Of a stretch of DNA of 64,000 nt, positions 13,627 through 25,800 are shown in pieces. This DNA is from Lama glama (lineage: Eukaryota). The notes below the pieces were generated by a model. That model made no database searches, had not been told where the DNA came from, and was given only the letters and a program-made list of their open reading frames with translations. Every line of letters begins with the position of its first letter. The first letter of the stretch is position 1. Made by a program: the position numbers and the translations under genes. The stretch is taken from the NCBI GenBank assembly GCA_028534125.1, contig CM052817.1, positions 58,902,001 to 58,966,000 on the forward strand, written 5' to 3'.

Positions 13627-13809
13627 CTTTTAACCTTGTTCATCTTCAAAGTGAAATGTTCGTGGAACCAGCATATGTTTATTGTCTAGTGACAATGTTT
13701 AAAGAGCTATGCTAAGTAATCAGACATGAAGCTAAAATGAAGATTGATACATTTATTCTTGTCACTTTAAAGCAGTTGAATGAATGTTTGCCCAAACCTC
13801 TTTGGTGTC
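13627..13809 (-). other. Possible antisense (probably non-coding) exon
   Basis: Minus-strand acceptor tgattcatttctatttcctag| (alternative atcaatcttcattttag| giving a start near 13731) and consensus donor AAG|gtaagt. Confidence 0.3.
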
Positions 13810-16479
13810 CTAGGAAATAGAAATGAATCAAGGAAAATCTCATAAATATATAAAAGTGATAATAGATTTTGAGAGGCGTTTGGAGTCCTTGCTACACTCC
13901 AGGGACTCCATTGTGCATGTCCCTGATCTCTCCAGGAAGTCTGGACTGGAGCTACTTTATGCTCCTGTTCCTGAGAACAGAGGGGATTATTGCTTCTACT
14001 TCAACTTCCTGTTTTGCTTCTTCACCCTCAAAGGACACAAAGAGAAGGAACAAGTGGGAGAAAACAATTTAATGTACAGCTGCTCAAAAAACTTGTTTTA
14101 TATTGCCATTTCTCCAACAAATCTTAAATTAATTGGAGTAAATTGGAGAAAAAAGTAAAGCTAAATGTATATTTAATTTTGTTAATTGTTCAGTAGTCAG
14201 AATTGCAGAGTTTTTATTTGTATGTTTGAAGAGGATTAATTTTCATAATTAAAAATATTTACTAAAAATAAATTAGAAAATAAAAATAAGCCAGAAAAAA
14301 GTCACCTCTGGTGCCAAATATATCCTTAGATAACTGAAAGACCTTTGATGTTTAAGAATTTGAAAGAGGTAAATACTAATGAGCTTCTGATCATTAAAGT
14401 CACATCACTTTGAAAAACTGTTAAAACTAAAGGGTTAAATCAAGTGACTCCTTAAATACTATATTCTAATTTGAATGATTTTCTCTCTTTTTCTTTTTGT
14501 TTTTTAAACGTAGTTTAAATTTTTGCTCTTCATACTTCAGGGCGTTTATTTTATATTATAATCCTTATCTTCATTTGGTATATATCTTGAAGCCTCAGTA
14601 TGGTATTACTGATTTGTGATCCATATTTCTCTTAATAAAGGAAAGTAATTATAACCCGTTCCCAAGAACAAGAGAGAGATTTTGATAAAAAAATTTTACC
14701 AACCTACTACACTTTATTATTTTCATAATTTGAAGTAATAAGTATGAGTAGTTTTAAAATTATCTTACTCTGTAGTGTTTACCTATTGTGATACTATTGA
14801 TGGAATCAGATTATCTAATTAATTTATGTTACAGTTCTTCAGGTTTTCATTTATTTCACATATTTATTGAACACCTTCTCTGAGATGGGCCCCATGCTAG
14901 TTTTCTTATTTAACATGTCTTTCAGATTATTTTCAACTGTGTATTATTAATCAGACTTTTAAATCTGCAGGGGATTTTCAAAATTACAGTCTAAATCACT
15001 TTTCTCATTTTGAATATTAAAAAGGTAACAAAATAACAACAAAGTCCCAGAGAACTTAAATGGCTTCCCTAGGTGGTTGATAAACCAACTCTCTAAAATA
15101 GGAGTGAATTATGAACATAGATGATAAGAAAATTTAGCTGTTACTGTAAAAATCAAACTAAAATTTATTAGAGTAGGCAAAGGATGGAAAATTTTACTTA
15201 TAGAAATGGTTTTTACTCATGAGAATAGGTTTTCCCCCAGTTTAAGGTTGTTACAATAGTTAACATCATAATTTCCCAATAGAATTATCTTAATATGGTT
15301 ACAATAGTCCCAGAGAGTAAAAGATTAAAATATTTTTTTACCCAAGCTTAGGAAAGGAACAAGTATAGATGATACTTATAAAAATGCATAAATATAAAGA
15401 ACATCATCATAATTCCTTATCTGTAGCGCTGAATCAGAACTGGTTTTACGTAAAACCTATCTCTTGGGTGAACTCTTTTTGTTTTTAGTCGAAATAAATT
15501 GAATAAATTAAAAAAATAAAAATGAAGTTGTACATAAAGCATCTGCAGAGGTCGGGAAGTAACATTAGGTTAGTTTAAAAGTTGCAAATAATAGCAGGTA
15601 TGGATCAGGGGCGAAGATGTCAACTATTTTTGTCTTTAAATGTTGCTCTGTTTTTAAATTTAACACTCTTTTATGATATCTTTTCAGTTGACTTTAGAAA
15701 AAAATATATAAGTTGTATTTTTGCCCATTTTGTCTCTGTATTAGAATAAACACTTAATTTCTCTCTGAAGAGAATGTTGTCCTGCCAAATGGACCCCTTA
15801 TTTGAAGTCCTTATAAAGCATAGTTTTCAAAAAGGGAAATCCATCCCACCCTTGCTCTGCAGTGAACTGGCTAACAGGCCAACAGAATCTTTTCCTCTCA
15901 GTAACCATAACCTTGAACCCACTATTGCTCAAAAACTTTCACAGAGTTTGCCTGAGGAAACTTGCTCAGTGCTTCCATTTCTTGACCCTATCTAAGAATC
16001 TGATGAAAACTAATAGTGCTACCAAGTCCCTAGAGAAAAACACACCTACAGCGTACACAGTGCCCTGCCTCCAACACACACAGTAGTTGTCAGGAAGTTC
16101 ACAGATTTTTCTGATGCCTAAACTCCTACCCTAGAGACTCTAAGATCCTCTTGGATGAGGGCAGACCACCATACAACTGGCACTAGACTGCATCTTACTA
16201 GCCCTCTGTGAAATTCCTGTTATCAAATTACATTCTAGTAAGAAGCTATCAGTCTCGATTGAGATGCATTATAAGAAACAGCCCCATAAAATGTATCACG
16301 ATGTTTACTGTCAGGATGGTTTAGAGGGTATTATATTAAACAGTAATTTTTTCTGTGAGGACCCACAGGAAAATCTTCTCCATGGTGTCAACATCAGGAA
16401 TAATTAGGCAACTGGTTTGTTTTATGTCATGAACATAGCAATTGATCCCTTCTCCCTTTTCTAGAAAGCTCTTTGACCC

Positions 16480-16670
16480 TACTTTAAGCCAGGTATAGGA
16501 ACTTTAGGGAGTACATATTGTATGCTAATTTATTTCTGGGCCCCATCTTATTTTCCTATTATTGTTTTCACATTGTTTCATTTTAAAACTTTATTTCTAT
16601 CATGCTACATTTTCCTTTGGAAGCTTCATCAACTCTGTTTTAGACACACGGAGGGGTATGAATAAATAAA
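16480..16670 (+). mobile_element. Ancient LINE 3' tail (L4/RTE-X-like)
   Basis: Ends in ggaagcttcatcaactctgttttagacacacggaggggtatgaataaataaa, resembling recalled L4_Mam tails. Confidence 0.35.
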
Positions 16671-16999
16671 ATATTCCGGATTTATTTATTTAATTTTTCT
16701 ATTTTGTGGGGAGGAAGGGGGCCTGGAAAATGTTTATAGTTCTAATATTTTCCTCTATTAACAACACTTAGAAGTGAAGTGTAAAAAGTTAGGACAAATT
16801 CTTATACACTGCATATAAAACTCTAGGAAAAGAACTGTTAAAAAAGAAAACAAAAAATAAATACAATACTACACAGACGTCACACGGGACAAATATAAAA
16901 ATGTTAACCAACCAAGTCATTTCTCTTTTTTGATATCAAAACCAAAGGAAATAGGCTTTGATTACAGGAAGAAGAATGTCAGTTGGACACATGGGCAGG

Positions 17000-17600
17000 T
17001 TATTTACTTAACAAACATATTGAGTGCCACAGCAAAACAGAGCACTAGACTTTGGGAGCATGAAGATGAGTAAGACCGCATCCCTGTCCTCAGGAGACTT
17101 GTGTGACCAGGCAGTAATGCGGCATGGTCTAAGGAGGGTACAGACAGCCTATCTCAGTAGCCACATATTAGCTGTACGACCTCTCTAAGCTTCTTTCTCA
17201 CAGTTGTAAAGATAAATGACACATGTAACATGCTTAGAAGAAGCAGTTGTTACTTATAAAATCCTAGACTACTGAAAGTAAGAAGCAACACAACATCACT
17301 GGAAGCTGGAGGGAAAAGACTTTAAGATTAAAAAAAAAAAACAAAACCTGAAGTGCTACATTTATCAGAGATCATGGAGCCTCAGAACTGGTAGAAAGAA
17401 CCAGACTGGCCAGTTTTGTACAGGACTGAACAGTTTACAAAGTGCTTGCACATACAGAATGTTTTATTTATTTCTGACACAGTGCCATCTTCAGGATGGA
17501 AAAACTGAGCTTCAGAGAATTTCAGTACCTTTAATACTTCCTATTTCATGGCCCTTAGATCTCCTGGCTAGAAATGCAGTGCTCTTTCTACTCCAGAAAG
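17000..17600. mobile_element. Cluster of L2 (-), MIR (+) and MIR (-) fragments
   Basis: aacaaacatattgagtgcc (L2); ccacatattagctgtacgacctctctaagctt (MIR); ggatggaaaaactgagcttcagaga...cagtgctctttctact (antisense MIR). Confidence 0.6.
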
Positions 17601-20600
17601 GAGGGTTTAGAGAACATCTAGCATGACTTCTCACTTTAAAGTATTTGCTTATTATGTGGATCAGATCAACCTCAGATCGAAACATAGCCTGTAAAATATA
17701 ATTTCGTACCATAAAAAGTGTACCAAAACAGCCATTTTAGGCAACAGATATTAGCATACTCCCCCTTAACACCTGTATGACTGCCAAAAAAAAGGCAAAA
17801 AAAGAAATAAATCCGGAACTCATCGCTTGACTCCTATAGAAGTGCTTTTGTAGGATTTGAGAAAGTTCTTGTTTTAATAGTATAATGATAGTGCTTACTG
17901 ATGTTTACTTTCTTCTCAGTTTTCAGAAAACACTCTATAACAATACTATATCAGGCTTATTGTTAATAGTAATTTTTCAGTACTGATGTTACAGTGTTTT
18001 ATTTTTCTTGGACAGTTGCATCCTAATTGTAATTTAAACTAAGTTGTCCAAAGCCTTGTACTTCTTTGATGATTTTATTTTGCCAAATATTCTGAAAGCT
18101 GAAGGAAGATCTTGTTAAGAGGTCTTGGGGGCGAATATGATAAGGTTGACCTGTTCCAAGTATTACATATTTACAGCAATAGCTAGTGTTTAGTAAATTG
18201 CTATTATGATGCTTTTCATAATTGCAAATCTTTTTTACAGCCTTTTAGTGTACTCTGGACTTAGAGCAGAATGACAGCAGCGACTTAGTCTTGTTTCTGC
18301 TGTAGATATTCTATAAATATTCAATAAATATCAGCTGAATGCATGAGTGCTTTAACAGTTAATTTTCCTGATATGTTTATGATTTAAGCATTATACTAAG
18401 AAAGTGTAGACCCAACAAAATATTGACAGGGTTGTGTGCCTATTAGAACAGTCATAATTTACCTATAAGTCATTAACATTGTGCTAGTTAGAGCTAGCAT
18501 CCCTACCTATATGTGCTACAGAAAGAGACATCTATCACTCTTATGACGGAAAACAAAACAAAACAAAACAACACTCTAGGAATTACCAGAGTAATAGTAA
18601 GAGTAAAAGAATTATAGATATAATATCCGTGAATATAATCTGTAAGAATTTTCCTTTTCTAGAAGGTATCTTCAAACCCCTGAGAACATATGCATGATGA
18701 TTTCAGATGTCTACATGGGGGTCTGTAGTCACTTAAATATCAATTGATTTTTTTTTAAAAAGGCATTTTGGTACATAATATATAAATGTAGCTCCTAAAA
18801 CTTGTCATAGCCTTAGCTTAATAGTCAGGTCATTACATTCTTGTCTTTATCAACAGAAATGATTTATGATTATAACTGTTTTCTACTCTTCATTTGATAC
18901 AGATATAATCCAAGTTTTCCAAGAGGTATTGTGCCCTGGATTTAAAATCAGGTTTAGAGCACATAGATGAACTTATTTTGATGCCACTGTATTCATTCTT
19001 AATTAGGACAGGAGATGCTGAAAATTTATTTAGTGATAAAGTTAATAATTCTCTCCCTGTAGCATCTGGTCTCCAGTGGCCTGGAGTCATTGTCTAACCT
19101 GAATTTGAGAATAGTTGAGAAAGTTTTTCTATATGACCTCATTTGAATTATAGTCATTGATATAGCAAGTCCAAATTCATCTGGAAATTGCCTGAATACC
19201 TTGGTGTCCTTGGCCTAGTATTTCTGTGAATCCAAGTGAAATAGCTGAGGACCACCGAGAAATATAATTTGGTTAGTTCTGGGGTTTTTAAATTTCAACT
19301 TATAATTTGTTCCTTACCAAAGGATTATATATACATATATATAAGCTTATGATTTACAGATATATGAATTTTTTAAATGATGTAAAACATAAATTGAGCA
19401 TTTGTTATTTGAACTTTAAAGTTTTGATTAATAATTTATTAACATTTGAATTTAAATGAGTGGTTTTATTTTTTAATTTAAATTATTAAAAAGTATTTTA
19501 AATATTTAGATAATCACATCCAGAATAACTGAATAATCTAGCCTTTAAATGCAGCTACTTTCTAGATACAAAATACTTGGAAATACAAAAATTTAGTTTA
19601 AAGTGATAAATGCAAAAATGTTCTAGTTTTTTTTTTTTGAGAACAAAGAAGATATCATTTAGAAAACTTTCTTTAACATCTTTTATATCTTCAAATTAAC
19701 TACATGGCTTGAATCATTTAAAATTTAAGTGATGGACCTTTTTCTAGGCATTAAGTACCCTTTAGAAGCAGTTTCTTTTCCCTATCCAAGGCTGAATGAC
19801 CAACTAATTCACCTAGGAGCCACTTCAAATCTCTCATATCAATCACTGTCCTCTTCAATGTCAACTATTAACTTGAGAAACTGAAAACCAAGGGTATGCA
19901 ACATAAATTCCCTCAAATTTTGCTTGTATCATCTCACTTTTTTCTATTATTATTCACTGACTCATTGAATCTCCGTTGCTTTACTCCCCGTTCTTTATCC
20001 TAGAATATTGTCTGGGAGTTCCCTCATTGCAGCAGAAGTCTGATGCAAATGTTGTCCTCTTCTGTCCTGTGGGCAGGTCACTGAATAGTCCATACAGATG
20101 TCTACTAGGTACATGCAGTAGTCACATGGACATCTCTTTGCCCCCCACTGTCCCCCACTGTTGAAATCTATGAATCCTGCTCTAACTTTGATTTACTAAG
20201 GTTCCTGCATTCCATAGTTTCCTTATCGTAAGCCAAGTCTTCATCATGCCCATTGGTTCAGATTGGCATCTGTTTCCTTCACAAAGGTCTCTTCCAGTGA
20301 ACAAGAGGCACAACCCAGGGAAACATCTCTAGTCATATATAATACTAGATGCATGGTACTGAGTTTCGCCTCCAACTATCAGGTTTCTTTTCAGAGTTTT
20401 AGTATCCTCAGAGACTCTAGCATCATAAACCTACTCCAGTCTTTTCCAAATTTCTACAGGCTCCTTTGAACACCAAAGTGGCTTTTCCTCTTGTCATGCG
20501 GCAAGAACTTATATACAATTTCCTTTATTGTTTCTACACTGTTAGTGCAGACATCTAAGCCTGCTCTTCAAATGTAAAGGGAATTTTTTGAAGCCTTACT

Positions 20601-20869
20601 TTCAAGACTGTCTTTTAAGGACTTGATAAAAAAAGATTCTAAAAAGAAACTGAGAGCTAAGTAATGACCTCTCTGTTTCAGACTGTATTCACGTACACTT
20701 CCTACGGAAATGAGTATCAAAGACTTAAAAGATGGGGAACCGTAGGCCAATCTGATTTACATAAAGGAAACAAACATTTATTTCATGGTTTCAAAGTATT
20801 ATCCCCTCCCAATATGTATTACATTGCTTATTATTTTATCCTTTAAAAAGTCTTGGAAACAGATGAAAC

Positions 20870-21020
20870 TTACTTTGAATCCTAACTTCATTGGATACTT
20901 AGACTTCAGTTTCCTCATCTGTAGAATGTAGTAACACTGCCTACCTGGTCATTATAAATGAGTTAGAATAATGCCTGAAACACGATAAATACTTTCTAAT
21001 ATTTGCTATTAACATTACTG
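20870..21020 (+). mobile_element. MIR SINE
   Basis: MIR core cttcagtttcctcatctgtagaatg. Confidence 0.8.
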
Positions 21021-21397
21021 TCAAGGTAGTATTTAATATGCACTACTTAATTGATGATTGATGATTAAAGATAAAACTGTAGGTAAATCCCAAGCACCAT
21101 GTTTAGCTTTTAGAAAGCTCTCTACAGAAGTTCATTACTTTTCTCAAGCATTCCTTTCTTGTTTCACAATTTCCTTATCTCTGTTCTGAATAACATAATC
21201 TCTTGCCCCCTAAATAGGCCTATTGTCATTAAGTATTTATTTCTGTTACATATTGCTTCTTTTTTCCCACTGACTCTATTCTTATATTTAAATACTCTCT
21301 TTTCTTTAAAAAAAAAAACTCTGCTTCAGATTTTCTTCTTTCTAGTGCCAAACTTCTTGGATACATATTGGATGACTACCCAGCCTTAGGAATATTG

Positions 21398-21868
21398 TAG
21401 AATTTCCTTACTTTAAGAATCTTAGTAAAATATCATTTCTCACTAGAGAAGCTGGAAATGCCAGTTACTCACTTCCCCAGCGTCCTTTACTACTAGGGTG
21501 GGGGACACACGACCCAGGCTCCATTAACCTGGTGTTCATATTCCAAAGACAGTCATAGCTAGCTGCTCTCAAGGCAGTGTCCACAGTTGCATGGAGACTG
21601 AGGACTTAGGCCAGTAGTGAACATGGTGTTAATGGTATATCCTTTGTCCAGAGGAAGCTGACTTAAAAGTGCAAACTTTAATACTGAGATGTGATGGTAG
21701 TGTGTCCTTGTTGGATCCTGTCTGTGAAATGCATGGCCCTGAACTTGGTTTCCCAGCCCTTCTTTCATTTCTGGTAACTACTCAATATCCTTGTAATAAA
21801 TAGCTTTTCTGCTTCACTCAGCCAGAGTTGGTTTCTCTTACTGATAACCAAGAACCCTGACTGAAATG
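21398..21868 (+). mobile_element. LTR33-like ERVL solo LTR
   Basis: gaagctggaaatgccagttactcacttccccagc at the 5' side; aatatccttgtaataaatagcttttctgcttcactcagccagagttggtttct...aaccaagaaccctgactga at the 3' end. Confidence 0.75.
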
Positions 21869-21879
21869 AAAGAGTAGCC

Positions 21880-22760
21880 TACTTGTGCTGTTTTATCCCC
21901 TTTCCTCTGTTTTGCCTTTAACTCACTGCCAAGCATGTTTCATCTGCAAAGAAGCTGGTCTCTTCTGGGGCAAAGTGACCTAACAATTGCCAAATAAACA
22001 AGCCTCACTATTGACCCTGCTGAGACTCACCATACCACAGGGCAAGGTGAAACTCCCTTTCCTGTGAAACATTGTCTTCCTCTCCTGATTCTTTTCCTAC
22101 CCTTAATTCCTGCCTTCCAGTATTTTACTTTGTCTTCTTCCCATGGACTTGAGATTGAATTTTGCTTGTGCTCCCTGATTTGATTATTTTGTCATGATAT
22201 TCCTATAGATTTCCATCAGAGAATTTTTCTACCTCCACAATTTGTTTCCTTTGAGATTTCCAACTTTAAATTAATAGCCTTTTTTTTTACTTTAATATTA
22301 TTGGATGTCATGTCTAATATTATCCCCAGATTTCAAAATGCTTGCTGGATAACTGTTTACCCCATGTGTGGTAGACAGTTCAGTGTGTCCTAGACTTGAC
22401 TGTCCCACTAAACCTCGTCCACCTAGGAAATTCTCTATTTTAGTTAGTGGCAATTACTCAGTTGCTGAGAGTTGTCAAATGTTCTCTTTTCATTTCCTTT
22501 TTGTCCCTACTTCTCGTTAGTAACAAAACTTGTTTCTATCCCTGAAACATCTTTATCACTTTTTTAGCCCATCCCCTTGGCAGAACCTTGGTTTGGCTCT
22601 CATTATATTTTAATTGCCTTCTGTTGTCTTTGATTCTGTCTTCTTTGAATCTATTCCTGCATTTTTGGCAACATTGTCTTCTGACAATACAGCTGTGATG
22701 ATGTTTCTTTGCTAGTCAAAAAAAATCTGGTTTTTACAACACAGTGTCTTAATTATTTAT
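21880..22760 (+). mobile_element. Degraded L2 fragments
   Basis: Pyrimidine-rich, L2-like stretches such as aagtgacctaacaattgccaaat and tgtgatgatgtttctttgct. Confidence 0.45.
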
Positions 22761-22854
22761 TCTTAGATTTCTAACCTTGGTTTTTCTAACAGTATCTACT
22801 GTGGACAATGTATGTTGGTAACATTTATACTCATAAAAATGGGCTTTCTAATCT

Positions 22855-25800
22855 ATGTTTTTAATTGAGTTGTATTTAATGTACAATATTATATTAGTTT
22901 ATGTATGTATGTATTATATTACTACAACATACTTTTCTACATTTTCATACTTTATGAAATGATCACTGCAGTAAGTCCAGTTACCATCCATCACCATAAA
23001 AAATTGCTACATTATTGACTATATTATTTCCTGTGTATACATTACATTGCTATGACTTATTTACTTTATAGCTGAAAGTTCGTGCTCTTAATCTTCTTCA
23101 CCTTTTCTATCTGTCCCCCCGCCTCCCCCCTGAGTTCGTTCCCCTTGGGTAACCACTAGTTTGTTCTCTGTATCTATAAGTCTGTTTCTGCTTTGTTTCT
23201 CCATTTGTTTGGTTTTTTTAGATTCCATAAATAAATGAAATCATACTGTATTTTTTTGCTGATTTATTTCACTTAGCATAATACCCTCCAGGTCCATTCA
23301 TGTTGCCACAAATGTTACTAGAAGATTTCACTTTTTTATTGAGTAATGTTGCATTGTATACATATAATACATGTTCTTTATCCATTCATCTATGGATGGA
23401 CACTTAGGCTGCTTCCATATCTTGGTTATTATAAATAGTGTTGTAATGAACAGAGGGGTACATATGTCTTTTTGAATTAGTAGTTTTGTTTTCTTCAGAT
23501 AAGTAACCAGAAGGAGAATTGCTGGATCATGTGGTAGTTCTTTATTAAGTTTTTTGAGACCTCCATTCTGTTTTCCATAGTGGCTGTACCAATTTACAGT
23601 GCCACCAGTAGTGCATTAGGGTTCCTTTTTCTCCACATTCTTGCTAATACCTGTTTCTTGTCTTTTTGATAATACCCATGATGACAGTTGTATGAGGTGG
23701 TATCTCATTACGGTTTTGATTTACATTTCCCTCATTATTAGTGATACTGAGTACCATTTCATAGCCTGATGGCCATCTATATATCTCCTCTGGAAAAAAT
23801 ATTTACTCAGATCATCTGCCCATTTTTTAATTGCTTGTTTTTGGTATTGAGTTGTAAGAGATTTTTGTATATCTTGGGTACAAACGCCATATTGGATATA
23901 TTGTTTACAAATATCATCTCTCATTCAGTGATGATTTTGTCAGTGGTTTCTTTCATTGTGCAAAAGCTTTTTAGTTTGATGTAGTCTAATTTATTTATTT
24001 TGGGTTTTGTTACCCTTGCCTGAGAAGATGTATCTGAAAAAAATACTGCTAATACTGATATCAAAGAGGTTACTGCCTATGTTTTCTCCTAGAAGTTTTA
24101 TGATTTAAGGTCTCATTGAAGTCTGTAATTAATTTTGAGTTAATTTTTGTAATGTATTGTAAAAAAGGGTTCCAGTTCATTCTTTTGCATTTGGTTATCT
24201 AGTTTTCCCAACACTATTTATAGAAGAGGTGGTTTTTTTCCGCTTTGTATATTCATGCCTTCTTTATCCTGGATTAATCGCTTATATGAGCATAGGTTTA
24301 TTTCTGGACTCATTTTTGTTCCATTAAGCTATGTGTCCTTTTTTTGTCCCAGTGTCATAATGTTTCGATTACTACAGCTTTGTAGTATGCTTTGAAATCA
24401 GGGACTGTGATACCTCCATCTTTGTTCTTCTTTCTTATAATTGTTTTGGCTATTCAGGGTCTTTTGTGGGTGTACACAAATTTTAGAATTATTTATTCTG
24501 CTTCTGTGAAAAGTGCCATTAGTATCTTACCAGGATTGCATTGAATCTGTAGATTGCTTCGGGTAGTATGGACTATCTTAAAAATAATGATTGTTCCAGT
24601 TCATGAGCATGGTATATCTTTCTATTTATGTGTGTTATCTTCAATTTCTTTCACCATTGTCATAGTTTTCAGAGTACAGGTCTTTCACTTTCTTGGTTAA
24701 ATTTATTCCTAGTTATTTTATGTTTTTAATTGAATGAAAGATTCTTTAATTCTCTAGTGCTTTAACATTTTCAAAAGTTTCACACGCATGGTTTTATGTA
24801 ATCCCATAATTATGCTAAGTGAAATAAGTCAGAGAAAGACAAATACTGTATGATATTGTATCACTTATATGTGGACCCTAAAAATACAAAAAAAGACTAA
24901 TGAATAAAACAGAAGAAAATCAGACTCATAGATATAAAAAACAAACTGAGAGGGAAGGAGAAAGGATCAGTATTTGGGTAGGGGATAAAAATGGGTCTTT
25001 TTTTTTTATGCAATTGTAAATGAGATTGTTTTCTTCATTTCTCTTTGTGTGGGTTTTAGTGTATAGAAATCCAAGAGATTTCTGTGTATTAATTTTGTAT
25101 TCTGTAACTTTACTAAATTCATTTATTAATCTTAATAGTTTTTTTTTTTTTTGGTGGAGTCTGTGGGGTTTTCTAAATCATGTATCATGTCATCTGCAAA
25201 TAATGACAGTTTTACTCCTTTCTTTCTGATTTGGATGTCTTTTATTCCCTTGTCATGCCTAATTGCTCTGGCTAGGACTTTTAATACTATGTTGAATAAA
25301 GGTGGTGAGAACAGGGATCCTTGTCTTGTTCCTAATCTTACAGGAAAAATTTTCAGCTTTCTACCAGTGAATATAATGTTAGGTGTAGATTTGTCATATA
25401 TGAGCTTTATTATTTTGATGTATTTTCCCCCTATACCCACTTTACTGAAAATTTTTTATCATAAATGGATACTGAATTTTGTCAAATACTTTTCCTTCAT
25501 TTATTGAGATGATCATACGATTTTTTTCCTTCATTTTGTTAATGTGGTTTACATATTGATTGATTTACAGATGTTAAATGTTCCATCTGTGGAATGAATC
25601 CCACTTAATCATGGTGTATGATCCTTTTAACGTGTTGTTGAATTTGGTTTGCTAATATTGTGTTGAGGACTTTTGCATCTATGTTCATCAGAAATATTGG
25701 GTTGTAATTCTCTTTTTTTGTGTGGTGTCTTTGTCTGGTTTTGGTATCAGGATAATACTGACTTTGTAAAATGAGTTTGAAATTTTTTCTTTTTCAATTT

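Noticed and set aside
16674..17818. 14-bp inverted repeat ttccggatttattt / aaataaatccggaa as possible transposon TIRs
   Set aside because: No TSD, the interior consists of unrelated L2/MIR pieces, and a 14-mer inverted match is expected by chance in 64 kb of AT-rich DNA.
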